64,000 bases of DNA, taken from Hydrolagus affinis (lineage: Eukaryota). Below, one piece after another: positions 14,299 through 26,409 of this stretch. Made by a program: the position numbers and the translations under genes. The DNA lies in NCBI GenBank assembly GCA_012026655.1, contig JAAILG010001046.1, positions 1 through 64,000 on the forward strand, written 5' to 3'. Positions within the stretch are counted from its first letter, which is position 1. The number at the start of each line of letters is the position of its first letter. The notes beneath the pieces were generated by a model. It was not told the origin of the DNA and searched no databases. It was given only the letters and a program-made list of their open reading frames with translations.

Positions 14299-15501
14299 CC
14301 AGAAACCCCGAATTAGTTTTTTTTTAGGAAACAAAGATGACTACATGCTGGAAAAACAACGGGAGAATCTTTCTCCTCCCTCCCTTTCCCCACCCCCCCG
14401 CCCTCCACTCTCCCGCCCCCCCTCCCCCCCACCCCATTCTCCCACCCCCACCTCTCTCTCTTCACTGCAGAGGATATTGCCACAGCTACATTGGTTTTGG
14501 GGAGGGACACAAATTCAAAAAGATCAGGATGAGGATCTGGTTTTTAAACGTAATGGAACACAGAGAGCGGGGAAAAGCAATGGGAGTTAAAGGCAGTGAA
14601 TTGCCATGGAAAGGGAAATGAAGGTCAGGGTAGATTTCAGTCACAGCAAGATACACTTCCTCATCTCTGTGGGAAATGTGCGTTCTCTTTGTTGAATAAC
14701 CAGTTCTGTTAGTGCTCCGTTTTTGGGCCAAAATCCAAGTGTGTTGCTCACATTTCTTGTCAGGCAGGAATGAGTAACGTGCCTTTCCTACGTCACTCAA
14801 GCGCACGCTTCTCGCCAAGACCAACCCAAGAACTGCATTAATAGTCTCCATGGCAAAAAAATGCACAGGCTGAAGCAGCAGCTATGTAAGCTGCTTAGAA
14901 GTCCAAAGTTCATCAGGCCCTGGCTGCTTGCTGTTCGAAATAATACATCGACTAACATGTGGGACCATCTCTGTGACTTAACACGTGACCAGCAAGGAGG
15001 GTGGGAGGATTTACATTGTCAGTGAGGGTGCAAGGCTCATTTACTTTACAGCAGTAGATCATAATAATAATTCTTGCATTTGATATAGCATCTTATCACG
15101 TCTTCGAGAACCCACCTCACAAAATTGCGCTGTTTGCAAACATGAACACATTGTGAACTGTATAGAAATGTCATTCTGGAATGTTTTCCTTAAGTAAGCG
15201 TTACAAGAGGGTTTTTTCCCCCCTCTCTCTCACACACACTCTCTCAGGGAAATAAGGCAACAGGAGTTGAAAATGAAGGTGGGAACTATTCCACTGGCGT
15301 TCTCCCCACATAAAGGGACTTCAACGCAAATGTCATGATAGGAAATCCTAACTATTTAATAAATATAAATAATATACACACACAGGAATGTTCATCATTT
15401 TCCACAAACAGATTTCAATTGAGCTCTCTGTGCCAGCTCACCCATTTTACAACTAGCTGACCCATACTGTAAAGCCATCTAGTTACATGATGAAGGCACA
15501 T

Positions 15502-15796
15502 GATAATAATAATCTTGCTTTTGATATAGCGCTTTTCACATCTTCTAGACGTGTCAAAGTGCTTCACAGAATATATTGTGAAGTGAATTGACTGTATACT
15601 TGTGGGCGAAATGCGGCAGCCAATTACGCACAGCGGTGTCCCACAAACAGTCGTGGATTGAAGTGATGATTGTTTTTTTCTTGAAGGATTATTATTGGGC
15701 GTGTAGAGTAAGGAAAGATTTTGACCTAGCCAGGAATCAAACCCAGGTCTCTCACTTGTAAGGCGAGTGCTCTAACTGCTGAGCTACTGGACTCCA
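15502..15796 (-). mobile_element. Full-length tRNA-headed SINE, short class
   Basis: Degenerate A and B boxes, Deu-like body, L2-type tail with (ATT)n. Confidence 0.9.
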
Positions 15797-16392
15797 TATT
15801 CTAATGTATTGTGAAACAACAAGCATACTACAGAATTTGGACACAGTCATCCACACGTACAAACAAAATGCATGTAAATTTTCAGATAAATTTGTTTCAG
15901 TAGTTCTGAATGCTCCCAAGAAACATTAGTTCAATCAACTGAATTAGGTTTTGTTTGCTGATAAATCACTGGGTGACAGAGAACGTTATAAACCAGTAGC
16001 TTCACATTTACTTACCTCTGCTTCGCCCCCACCCCTTTCTCCCTCCCCCTTCCTCCCCCACTTCCTGCAGTAAATGTCAGCTCTCAATTCCGAGTTGCTA
16101 GGAGCCCAGTAACAGTTTCTTTCCATCACCCACCAAAATACACGAGAACTAGTGTGCAATACATCCTTCCTGTCTTCAGGATATCAGCTCCATAAAGAGT
16201 CTCCCCAGTTTCAAAAGGAACCAAGATTGCAGGGGCTGGGGGAGCGCGTGAGTTGAGATCTTTAGCATTTGGCTTCCTCGTCTTCTTTTTAAATTTGACT
16301 TCCTGTCCGTTTGTAAAGCAGGTATGTGGGGTGTTAGCCAGGAAGTGTGGGGGGTGTTATAGCCAGGGAGGGTGGGGTGGGGGGCGGTGGAC

Positions 16393-16701
16393 GTGTCCTG
16401 TAGCTCAGTGGTTAGAGCACTCGTCTTACAAGCGATAGAGCTGGTTTCGATTTCGGGCAGGGCGAAACCTTGGGCAAGTTTCCTTACTCCACACGCCTAA
16501 TATTAATCCCTCAAAAAATAAAACATGATAAAAAAAATTGGTCAGTTCAATCCACGACTGTTTGTGGGACACTGCTGTGTGTGATTGGCTGCCGTGTTTC
16601 ACCCACAAATTTACAGTCAATTCAATTTACAATATATTCTGTGAAGCGCTTTGAGACATCAGAAGACGTGAAATGCGCTATATGGAAGGATCATTATTAT
16701 T
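16393..16701 (+). mobile_element. Full-length tRNA-headed SINE, short class
   Basis: TAGCTCAGTGGTTAGAGC (A box), GTTTCGATTTC (B box), body tgtttgtgggacactgctgtg, tail gaagcgctttgagac...attattatt. Confidence 0.92.
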
Positions 16702-17600
16702 CTCAAAATGCTTTCAGGTATGTGGAAATCGCACTAGTGGTTCATTCCATGCATATTTGCATTCCTGTGCTGGTCTGGCTCTCAGGCTACTGCTGGAACT
16801 ACACTCACTCAGTTCTGCAAACAAATGGATTGTTAGTAGCATTGATAAGCAGAAAAATTGCACTGTTTCCCACCAAATTTGGTTGGGAATAGGAGTGGAT
16901 TTTTCAAGCTCCCCCTTTCCTCCATCCAGCTACATCACTAGAGTAACTGAGTCAAAAGTCTCAAGACTCCATCCCTTGCCCACTGTGCAACACAAACTTG
17001 GTCGTTTGTTTTTGGTAATTTTCAACAACCTGCATGATAAAACGCAGTAGAGTACTCAGCAGATTGAAACTCTGAGCCAAACCAGACCACATAACTCATG
17101 ACCCAATAGCTTTGGGTAATCACTGATCTCCTGTGCCCACACAAGTGCCTTGCACTATTCAATCAATAGCCAGGCCCAATACTTGTGCCCTGTTTTAAAA
17201 CCAAGCTTGTATCTTGTGGTTTCTACCTCTTAAATGCAAGCAGTGCTGGAGTGTTGATTTATCTCGTTGATTCATTTTTATAGGCAAGTATTAAACTCGG
17301 GGCTTCAGTTTGTTTGTCTATGGTTTCTGGTGCCAGTTTAATGGTTATGAAAGAAGTGTTTCATTGTGCAGTTTCAAGAAGTGTCATGACTATTGCAATG
17401 TATAGGGAATTTTGTTATAGCAATAAGGCAGTTGGTTCCAGTAGCTAAGTGGACACATTATAAGAGGTGCAGGGGAAAAGCGGCTGACATAATGGGATGG
17501 CTGTGTGATGTTGCAAGCTTTGCACAGGAAGCAACACTATTTGTCACTTTCTGCTCGCATATCTGCGACATAGGGCTAGCAGTATCTCCAGTACAAAGTA

Positions 17601-17824
17601 CAGTAAAAGCCTGTTTATCTGGCACCCGATCAACTACAACTTCCGTTTAACTGGCATCGCAAAAAAAAATTCCGCATTCGATTAACTGGAATTTATCCGG
17701 GAAAATGCATTGAAATTTTATTTTATTTTTTAAAAATGTTTTGCGTTTTCAGCCGAATATCTGGCAGGCGCTTTAACCGAGATTGGCCAGATCCCGAGGG
17801 TGCCGGATAAACGGGCTTTTACTG
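17601..17824. mobile_element. Tc1/mariner-pogo(Tigger)-type MITE, copy 1
   Basis: TIR CAGTAAAAGCCTGTTTATCTGGCACCC / GGGTGCCGGATAAACGGGCTTTTACTG, flanked by TA on both sides. Confidence 0.88.
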
Positions 17825-18044
17825 TACGTAGAAAAAGATCTCAGCAGTGACCCTGATTCAGACAACGGCCATTTTTTTTTGAAGCACAGAGTGTTGCCTG
17901 CATTTTGATTTTGCATAAAATGTGACGTGAAAGGCACTGTACAAGTGTAATTTTGTTGTTGTTGCCACCAGTACAAAATAGTCACTACACTTTACAGTAT
18001 ATCCTGCAAAGACATCCTCCAGGTGTGGAAGGCTTGGGATCTTG

Positions 18045-18423
18045 GGAGTCCTAGAGCTCAGTGGTTAGAGCACTCGCCTCGCAAGCGAGAGGATCTGGAT
18101 TTGATTTCTGGCAGGGCGAAACTTTGAGCAAGTTTCTTTACTCCACATTTCTTTACTCCATCTGTTTACCGAGCAGTAAGTAGGAACCTGGTTGTTAGTC
18201 GATTTGGCAGATCGCTTTTCTGGGGATAATAATTCCTTCAAAATCAATTTGTAATAAATATGGTTACTCAATCCACAACTTGTTTGTGGGACAATGTTAT
18301 ACGTAATTGGCTGTTGTGTTTTGCCCACAAAATATAGTTAATTTTCTTCACATATATTCCATGAAGCTTTGTGACATCCCCAAGATGTGATAAGGTGCTA
18401 TATCAAATGCAAGGATATTATTA
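18045..18423 (+). mobile_element. Full-length tRNA-headed SINE, long class
   Basis: Same head and tail as the short class plus an extra internal block catctgtttaccgagcagtaagtaggaacctggttgttagtcgatt. Confidence 0.9.
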
Positions 18424-18538
18424 CTGTATATGGTTAGAATGAAAGGATGTGTTAAATGATTGTCTTATCTCTTTTATGTTGCCCTTTGAATGTGACTCTG
18501 CTCCAACAAGCATTCATGTCTCTCTTTCTGTTTCACAG

Positions 18539-18758
18539 TGGAGTGAACGTAGCTGCTATTCTTCAAAAGGTGGGATTCAGCGAAGCAGTGATACAGTCCA
18601 GAATGGCAGCTGGCACCAGTACATTCGTGCTCGCGTACGCCGCTCACAAGCTCTTTGCTCCAGTACGAATGAGCATCACTTTGGTCTCTGTGCCGTTCAT
18701 AGTGAGATATATTCGAAAGATTGGTCTTTTCAAGGGCACTTCACATTCTAAACCATGA
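18539..18758 (+). CDS. FAM210B: FAM210B last coding exon
   Basis: tttcacag|T GGA GTG...; GVNVAAILQKVGFSEAVIQSRMAAGTSTFVLAYAAHKLFAPVRMSITLVSVPFIVRYIRKIGLFK...KP*; phase fits the preceding exon; MAAGTSTF..AYA.HKLFAPVR is the FAM210B signature. Confidence 0.95.
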
Positions 18759-20784
18759 AGAATCGATCAGGAATTGTTTTGCAGAATTTGGACAAGAACA
18801 GAAAAAATATGAAGGTTTTTTTTGTCAAAAAAAAAGGGCCCGTATGCAGCAATCCTCTTAACGACTGCTAACTGCTAGAAGCAGATTGACATTTAATACA
18901 GGTATTGAACATTGAAATTCAATGTCCAAAAACCAGCATTATGCAGAAGGCAGCTTTGCATGGGGCACTGTTGCCTAGCTGTTGAATAGCTTCTGGAGAA
19001 GCTTAATCCCATTACTGGGTTCTATTTACTGCCTGGTTGCTAACCTACCTAGCTTGCAGCAATTTTGGACTCTGTTAATGTTTATTCCAGGGGAGGAAGT
19101 ACATTTTGTTCGGATTCCTGCTAGCTTTAAAGGGAAGAGGGCCTGGGGGGGAGGGGGGGGAAGGAGAAAGAAAATATCAAAGTAGCTATAATCATTACAC
19201 CCATGACAGCAAGACATAAATCTGGCAAATTATGGACAACTTGACAATCTAAAGTTTCACTGAAGTTGACCGAGGTGTTTTGAAGACATAAAAAAATATA
19301 GCTGTAGGTTAGAATGGGTGGCTGTTTTGGGAAATAATGACTCTTGGAGGATTTACACCCCAGTGAAAAATCCTCTGCCTTGCTGTTTTAAAAGCATGTT
19401 CATGTTTGCTTAATTCTGGGAAAAGTAATTCATGTATTGGGAGGAATCCTTCCCTGCCCCTTAGCTCCCGTTTTCTATAATAGCTCAATGCTTCACATCG
19501 GTCAACCAGAAACTACTGACTCAATCACTGGGGAAAAGGACAGAGAGACAGGAGGATGCAGCATTCTGACAAAGGATTTATTGACATTTCAATGTACCTT
19601 TTACAGTGAGAGCAGAGTTCACAACCCGAGTTGGGCAATTAAACCATCTGTTCTGCCGCCCCCTCGTGGCTCACTAAGGTAACGCATTAAATGGAGCTAA
19701 AAGTCCACCAGTTACCAGTGCCAGGGTTTCTTTTATAATAGGGCATTTGTTGCACGATTTAGGGACAGGTACATCATTTGTGTGATTCTTACAATAAGCT
19801 GGCACAAATAACAGTTTTGAGCCCAAGAAGCTTAGTTGATTGGCATTCAAACCACCTCAGGGAAGCCTTGCAGCGCCTTGGGACATCCTCCCGACGTGAA
19901 AGGCGCTCTATAAATGTAATTTGTTGTTGTTGTTGCACTCTTAACTGCAGTAAAGCAAAGCGAATTTCCTAATTTTCTCAGGTGATCCAATGAAACAACT
20001 CAAAAAGATTGGTAAAGGTTAAAAGGTTGTGGCGAGTTAGCTGTTCACCTGCATGCCTGTCTGGAGTCGATTTCTACCTCTGCAGCGATGCCGGCTTGCA
20101 GATATTGCTGTGTACTGTACTATTGTTTTGGCTGAAGTTTCGGCACTTTGACACGTCCTCCCGATGTGAGAGGTGCTATACAAATATAATTTTGTTGTTG
20201 AAGTTGCATTTATTACAGTACTTTATGCTTTTTGATCTTGGGACTCCTACCACATTGTAGATGGCGTGACAAAACTGGCTGGAAAGGCCAAATATAATTA
20301 TGGATTGTGCAAGCCGCCACAAAACATTTAAAAGTGGGCTAGTCAAGAAGAATATTAGGAATCTGACAGCTTTACTAATTTAGGCGCTGTATAAATGTAA
20401 TTCTGTTGTTGTTATAATTTAAACCCATTCTGGACTAATCTAATCCTAAAAGGCCAGAAAAACAACAAGCTTATGGCTTTAAAGCATGTTTGAGGACCCG
20501 ATTGAAATAATTTGGGCTGGTGCTATTACTGTACATTTCCTGAATATTAAGTGAATTGTGCAGTCTGGTTAGGTTCAAGGTTTAAGTTGGGAATGTTTAA
20601 GCGTACTGAATTGTGAGGGATCGGATAAGGAGTTGAAATCCTAAGAATAAATGTGTCAGTCGAAATTTATCCCGTGTGAAATGATTGTGGAAACTTACAA
20701 TTATACAATTGGTTTTAAATCATTTAAAACCTACTTTTACATGAAGTAAGAGTTTTCAATAACTGCGTGGAGAGAATGGGCATG

Positions 20785-20945
20785 AGAACATAAGAAATAG
20801 GAGGAGTAGGCCATTCGGCCCATCGAGCCTGCCCCGCCATTTAATCATGGCCGATATTCTATAACTCTAGCTACCTGCCTTATCCCCATACCCCTTAATC
20901 CCTTTATAAATGAGAAATCTATCTAACTCAGTCTTGATAGTCTCA
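20785..20945 (-). mobile_element. CR1-type LINE 3' end
   Basis: Reverse strand reads ...ELDRFLIYKGIKGYGDKAG then gggccgaatggcctactcct...tttcttatgttct. Confidence 0.8.
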
Positions 20946-23041
20946 GTAAATTTCGAATGTGTTTCGAATCCCATAATCAAGCGCTCAGGGACACTACCCT
21001 GCGTGCGGAGCGCTATATAAATGTAAGTTGTTGTTGTACTTGAAGACATTACACAGCTTTTTTGAGTTAAAACGGCATTTGTGTAATTTGATTTCACACC
21101 AATAGGGATTGATTATAATCCTTTTCATTTCCTTCATGCTGATTGATTTCTAATCTTCTGTATAATGTACTGAGGTGCACTTGTATAGAAACTCAGTGAA
21201 AACAACATCCAGGCCCATTTAGAGGAAATTCCCAATTCAGTACTGCAGAACAGGAGTTTAACAAACGCAGATTGGATGCTGGTAGGATGCATGCAACAGG
21301 GACCGGAAAGTGCAAGTCTATTGCATTGTGTCAAATGATGAATATCAACAGCACAAGTACGAGGTTGTAACCTTGGATGAATAACTTAAATGATTTAACC
21401 TGGAACTTTCTCAGTCGATCATCCAAATTTTAAAACACATACTATTTTAAAAATATACAGTACTATATTTTAAAATGTAATACTCTTTTTAAAAAAAAGA
21501 CTCATTAAACCCTGTGAGTCATTTCCACCAGATTGTCAATGATCAACAACAACAAAATTACATTTGTACAGCGCCTTTCACATAGGGAAGATATCGGTCA
21601 GTGTTTTGGACCCGAATTGAGTACGAGGAGGGTTGGGGGGGGTGTGGGGGGAGAAAGCAGGGGGGTTGAAGGAACAGTCAAAGAGATCGGTCTTGGTAGG
21701 AAACTCTTTAAGTTGTGGAGACAATTCTATAAGCGTTGACAAAATGTACCGACCTGTGTGTATAAATGCTCTGTTGGATGTATAACCGATTCAACGAAGA
21801 ATTGGGTGCACTAGCCACCAAGGTTGGTACAAATTTTTACTAAACTGAAGAAACCCCTCGCAAGCCCAATAGCCAGAAATATTGCACAATACATGTAACA
21901 TGTAATACCAATGTTCAATTAGCTGCTACAAGTCAAAGTCACTATCTCGACAACAAATACATGTCTTCAGTCATTGATGGGATAAACACGGTAACATTAA
22001 GGTTTACATTTGTCTATGGCTGCTGATTGGGGTCTTTATTGTCATGAAACCAACTAGAGCAGGCAGCAAGAAAAAGAAGAACATAATATTTTGGGGAAAA
22101 GGAGGTGGCATGGCAGGAAAATTATTATCCATCTACAGTTGGTTTTAGGCCACCAATATCTCAAATCCGGGTGAAATCCCCATTTGAAACTAGTCAGTTC
22201 ACTCATATTCAAAGAGTATATTTAATAATTAAACACAAAATGTTTATCTTTTCTACATACACCCAATTACACGTTTGGTTTCAGTACAGAAGATCAGTCT
22301 TTGTTGTTTATAATAGGTTCAATTTGTCACAGACCCTATTTACTATCGGTTCCAAATTACCGACTGAGCGCCTCGAAACGTTCTCCCGACATGAAACGCA
22401 CTCTACGAACAGAATTTGTTGTTGTTACGATGTTCCTCTCATATTTCTTAATTCTGTACATTCACTACCTGGCTCTCTACATTCCATATCCCCTCCAACA
22501 CCACACCCTTGTGTAGCAACTGCTTGCCACTTCACACATTGTCAAATCATTTGCAAGTAAGACAGAGTGTACTCTAATAGGGTACATGAGCAAAGAACTG
22601 AACACACCATTTTAGCAATCAATAATCAGATAAAAAGGGCCTAGTTTAAATAAATACTTTTAAAAGGTAGTTATACACTGAAGACTGAAAGTCAGTAGCA
22701 CAGCGAGTTTTGTGCACTAATGTTCTGTCCCTAAAATGTTATTTTTTTAAGAGTTAAAATTCATTCCTGATTTAACAAAATGTTTTTACTTTACTGTGGT
22801 TTCTGTACTTTCCAAACTCTGCACTATGTTTACAATTTTTGTAGCTGAAGGGTTACCTTCAAGACTGAAAGATTTATATTTTCAAAATGAAAAATTTGAA
22901 ATATACAAATGGAACATGGCTGTGCAGTAACTAGTGTTTAGACATCTCAAATCTTTACCAAATGAAGCTTTTTGAAAATTTAAAATGAAGTACAAACTGG
23001 TTTTATGATGTTTATTGAAACTAAATGTTCCTCTTTACCCA

Positions 23042-23047
23042 AATAAA
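23042..23047 (+). terminator. Probable distal poly(A) signal of FAM210B (3'UTR about 4.3 kb)
   Basis: AATAAA at the end of an AT-rich UTR-like stretch, followed by GT/T-rich downstream sequence; other AATAAA copies lie near 20646 and 22649. Confidence 0.5.
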
Positions 23048-23084
23048 GCACTTTTGTCTTAACTGTGTTGTGACAGTAGTTTTA

Positions 23085-23622
23085 TTATATACCAGCTCCA
23101 ACGCAGTGCTCGTCAGCCTTCCCAATTCCTCCCTCCACAGGTTGCAGATAATCCAGAACTCTGCAGCCCATGTCCACCTCTCCCAAGATTCATGACCCCA
23201 TCTCCCAACTCCATTGGCTCTCCATCATCCAATTTAAGATCCTGGACCTCACATTCAAAGCCCTCCACAGCCTCGTGCCCACCCTGCCTCTGCGACCTCC
23301 TAACCCCTTACCAACCTGTCCGCCCCCGCCACTCAGCAGGTTGCGGCCTGCTCCACATCCCCTGACCCACCATCAGTGGGTGAGCCTTCAGCCACCAACC
23401 TCTGGAACATCATAGTGCAGTCCCTCTGCCTCGCCCCCTCCCTGGCCTCCTTCAAGTCCCACCTCAAGACTCCTCTTCGAAGGTCCCAATAGTCACCCCA
23501 AATCCACAACTTTCCCTCCACCTGTCCCAGACCCCAGCTTGGGTCTTAAATAATGACTGTCCAGCATCTTGGGACGTACTCCTGGCATGAAAGGCACTAT
23601 ACAAATGTAATTTTGTTGCTGT
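23085..23622 (+). mobile_element. L2 LINE 3' fragment
   Basis: Degenerate QNSAA..LHWL..FKILDLTFKALH ORF2 end and tail gggacgt...aaggcactatacaaatgtaattttgttg. Confidence 0.85.
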
Positions 23623-23739
23623 GTTAATTAAGGATTACACAGAACTGATCTACTCAGTTGAATTGAAGATACGCAACTCTGTGATCAGTTATATGGATAC
23701 CCCATGGTTTTGTGACCATTGGATCCTACAAGGCAACAA

Positions 23740-24010
23740 ATACAAAACTACATTTATAAAGCATCTTTTACACCAGGACATCCCATGGCGCTGAACAGGA
23801 ATTAGGATCCGAATGGGCAGGGCATTGGCAGTCGAGACAGGCTGTTATGAAGGCACATATGAGTTTCAGTGGCCTGAAGGGTAAGGCTGTGGTGGAACAG
23901 AGCAATGTTGTGGACATGAGTGAAGGCATCGCAGGTCACAGCACGGACATGGGGGAGAAAAGATAATTGAGGGTAGAACAAAATGCCTAGGCTCCTGACT
24001 GTCTTGATGA
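23740..24010 (-). mobile_element. L2 fragment with internal deletion, tail-to-tail with the previous element
   Basis: Tail reverse complement at 23740-23797; minus frame VRSLGILFYPQLSF..HVRAV is L2 RT-like. Confidence 0.65.
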
Positions 24011-24351
24011 GATGGGAGTGTGCATCAGTCAATGCTGCTGCTGCCAGAGCCTGAGGTGTGGTGACACTGGTCAATGCACACATAAGGTAATTTAAAAAAA
24101 TCATGGCTAATAAATTCAAGAATTATGTGGCAAAAAAAGTGTTCATTTTCATACAAGCATACAAGAGATGCATCTTGGCACTTCTGGGTCACAATGCATT
24201 AGAAATACAGATTATTTAAAGATGTGAAAAGTGCTATATCAAAAGCAAGGATTATTATTAATATTATCATTACTTGTACAGCTTCTGAATGATGGTAAAG
24301 TGAGTTCACAAAATTTTTCCTCCCAACAGTTTCATGAGATTTCAAAATTTC

Positions 24352-24357
24352 TTTATT
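24352..24357 (-). terminator. Probable poly(A) signal of AURKA
   Basis: TTTATT on + (AATAAA on -) about 960 nt past the AURKA stop. Confidence 0.55.
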
Positions 24358-25316
24358 AGATTTATACGCTCCACATCAACATCAAGAAACTCAACACAGT
24401 GAAGTAGGTACAGTAATGAACAGCAATGGCAAAAAAAAATCAGAAAAGTTTAATGTTCTACGACATTTCCCCTGAAGCACAATGAGCATTTAAAGCCTAA
24501 ATCACAATTACTGTTTGCCTCTAATACATTTTATATTTGGAATATGATGCTCAAGAGACACTAGTTTTTTAAAAAAAATGATCTGAAGTAAACCCCGGAT
24601 ACAGCAATGTAGAACAGACACAATTCACTTTGTTTCAATACATCTTTTAAGCAACTTTTCAAAAAATACTTTACAAAGCCACTTTATGGGGAACCCGTTT
24701 GGAAAGATTAAAAACCATTGTGGTGCTTCAGAGATTACCACGTCAATTACCAGGTAACCGTAATTTAGCTCCTTATTGATATTTTTTCAAACCACTGCCA
24801 CCATCACCAGTACCGCACTTGAAAAAAAAACTTTCATTTTTTGAAAAACATGAATGAGGGTACCTTTCTTCCCCTCCAAACCAACACACATTCAAAGTAA
24901 TTACTCCAATAGAAAGTCACCTGCTTTTCAATCTGACATATTGCCACAAACAGTAATTTTGCAATACACCGCATCACGTTTTAAATCTAACAAATGCAGT
25001 CTTAATTTGCTTCATATGATGTTTCAGTTTTTAAGAGTTAAGGAAATATTTACAACATTCAAATACTGACTTCACTGGAGATATTTTTTGTATCTTTAAA
25101 CAATTGACTAAGTTAGTAGAAAGCACGGTGCAAAAGGAATTCTACAAAAAAAAGATGAAATGTAAAGATATATACAAATTGAGGTAAATTCACTAATTCT
25201 CTTACCCGGAGTGATGCATTGCACGATGAAACAAGGAAAGAGAATACCCAGCATTTAGAACCTGCTACTGAAGCATGGCTGCTTGCAATCAGAAGCTGGT
25301 TATTGGACTGCAAAGT

Positions 25317-25514
25317 TCAAAGCGGAATCCCAGGTGTAGTGCTTGGAGTGACGGGTGTGCTATTCACACTGATTGCTTTATGAGAATTTCTAACCACCCA
25401 CGAATGTTCAAGCACGCCTTTGAGTGGTAGCCGTGCATTGGGATTGTGCTTCAGCAGCCTCATAATTAGGTCTTTGGCCCCATCAGTTATAAAGGAGGGA
25501 AATGTATAGTCAAC
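25317..25514 (-). CDS. AURKA: Aurora kinase A, coding exon 8 (last)
   Basis: ctgcag|GTT GAC...; VDYTFPSFITDGAKDLIMRLLKHNPNARLPLKGVLEHSW...GIPL*; contains the C-terminal RxxL motif. Confidence 0.95.
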   Translation of the reverse strand, partial: VDYTFPSFITDGAKDLIMRLLKHNPNARLPLKGVLEHSWVVRNSHKAISVNSTPVTPSTTPGIPL

Positions 25515-25790
25515 CTGCAGACAAAATATATACACACATAAATCAAATATCTACCCACACAAGACATGCCTATAGTGCCCTTCGTGCAGAGAACTTTACA
25601 GAAATCACACTGGAACGTTTTGAAGGATCAACGTTTTTTTTTGAGTGGGAGGGGCACAGTGCAGGAAGAGAAAGGTTGACTGTGTAGTCCACAAATGGCA
25701 ATTGTGCAGTTAGAAGCTGGGAAAGAAAGGGGTCATTGGAGCAGGGGATGATTTTATGTGGGAAATGAGGTTGAGGAGCAATGGGGGCAA

Positions 25791-26090
25791 AACAACAAAT
25801 TATATTTGTACCGCACCTTTCAGGTCGGGAGGATTTCCCAAGATGCTGGACAGTAAACGATTGACCCAAGAAGGTAGTGGGGATCAGGAGGAATGGAGGG
25901 CAGGAAGGGGCAGAAGGCATGTACAAAGAGGGTCTTGAGACGTGCCTTGGAGGCCAAGGCAAAGGGACTGTGGGATGGAGTTCCAAAGCGTGAGGGCAGA
26001 GTGACTGAAGGCCCGATCACCCTTGGTATGGTGGGCATGGGACATGGAGCAGACCATAGCCTGCTGAGTGGACAGGACCATATGGCGTTA
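25791..26090 (-). mobile_element. L2 LINE 3' fragment in the last AURKA intron
   Basis: Minus frame GDRAFSHSALTLWNSIPQSL; tail present. Confidence 0.8.
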
Positions 26091-26234
26091 GCAAATGCAG
26101 GGCTTTCTTGCCTTGTGCCGAGCAGGAGAGGGCAGGTAGATTTTGGAACTCCAGACCTCTCATGTTTATAGTCAATGGGGACTTCTGTTTTCCTGAGATT
26201 TATCAATCTGCAAATGATTACAAGTAATACTCAC

Positions 26235-26409
26235 TTTAGAAATTTTCTTGTATGTTTCTTGATGACCATCTCCCTCAAATGGGGGGCGGCCCACCAAAAA
26301 CTCATAGCAAAGAACCCCAATACTCCAAAGATCAACCTTCTCATCGTGCATGTTTCCTTCAATCATTTCTGGTGGTAAGTAGTCCAGGGTACCACATAAC
26401 GTTGCTCTC
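26235..26409 (-). CDS. AURKA: Aurora kinase A, coding exon 7
   Basis: 175 nt; [45 protein letters not shown]...ISK; tag| acceptor, |gtgag donor. Confidence 0.96.

Noticed and set aside
16394-16466. tRNA gene (cloverleaf, TAC anticodon); similar at 15725, 18048, 27282, 52973
   Set aside because: Each continues into a SINE body, the anticodon differs between copies and the B boxes are degenerate: these are SINE heads
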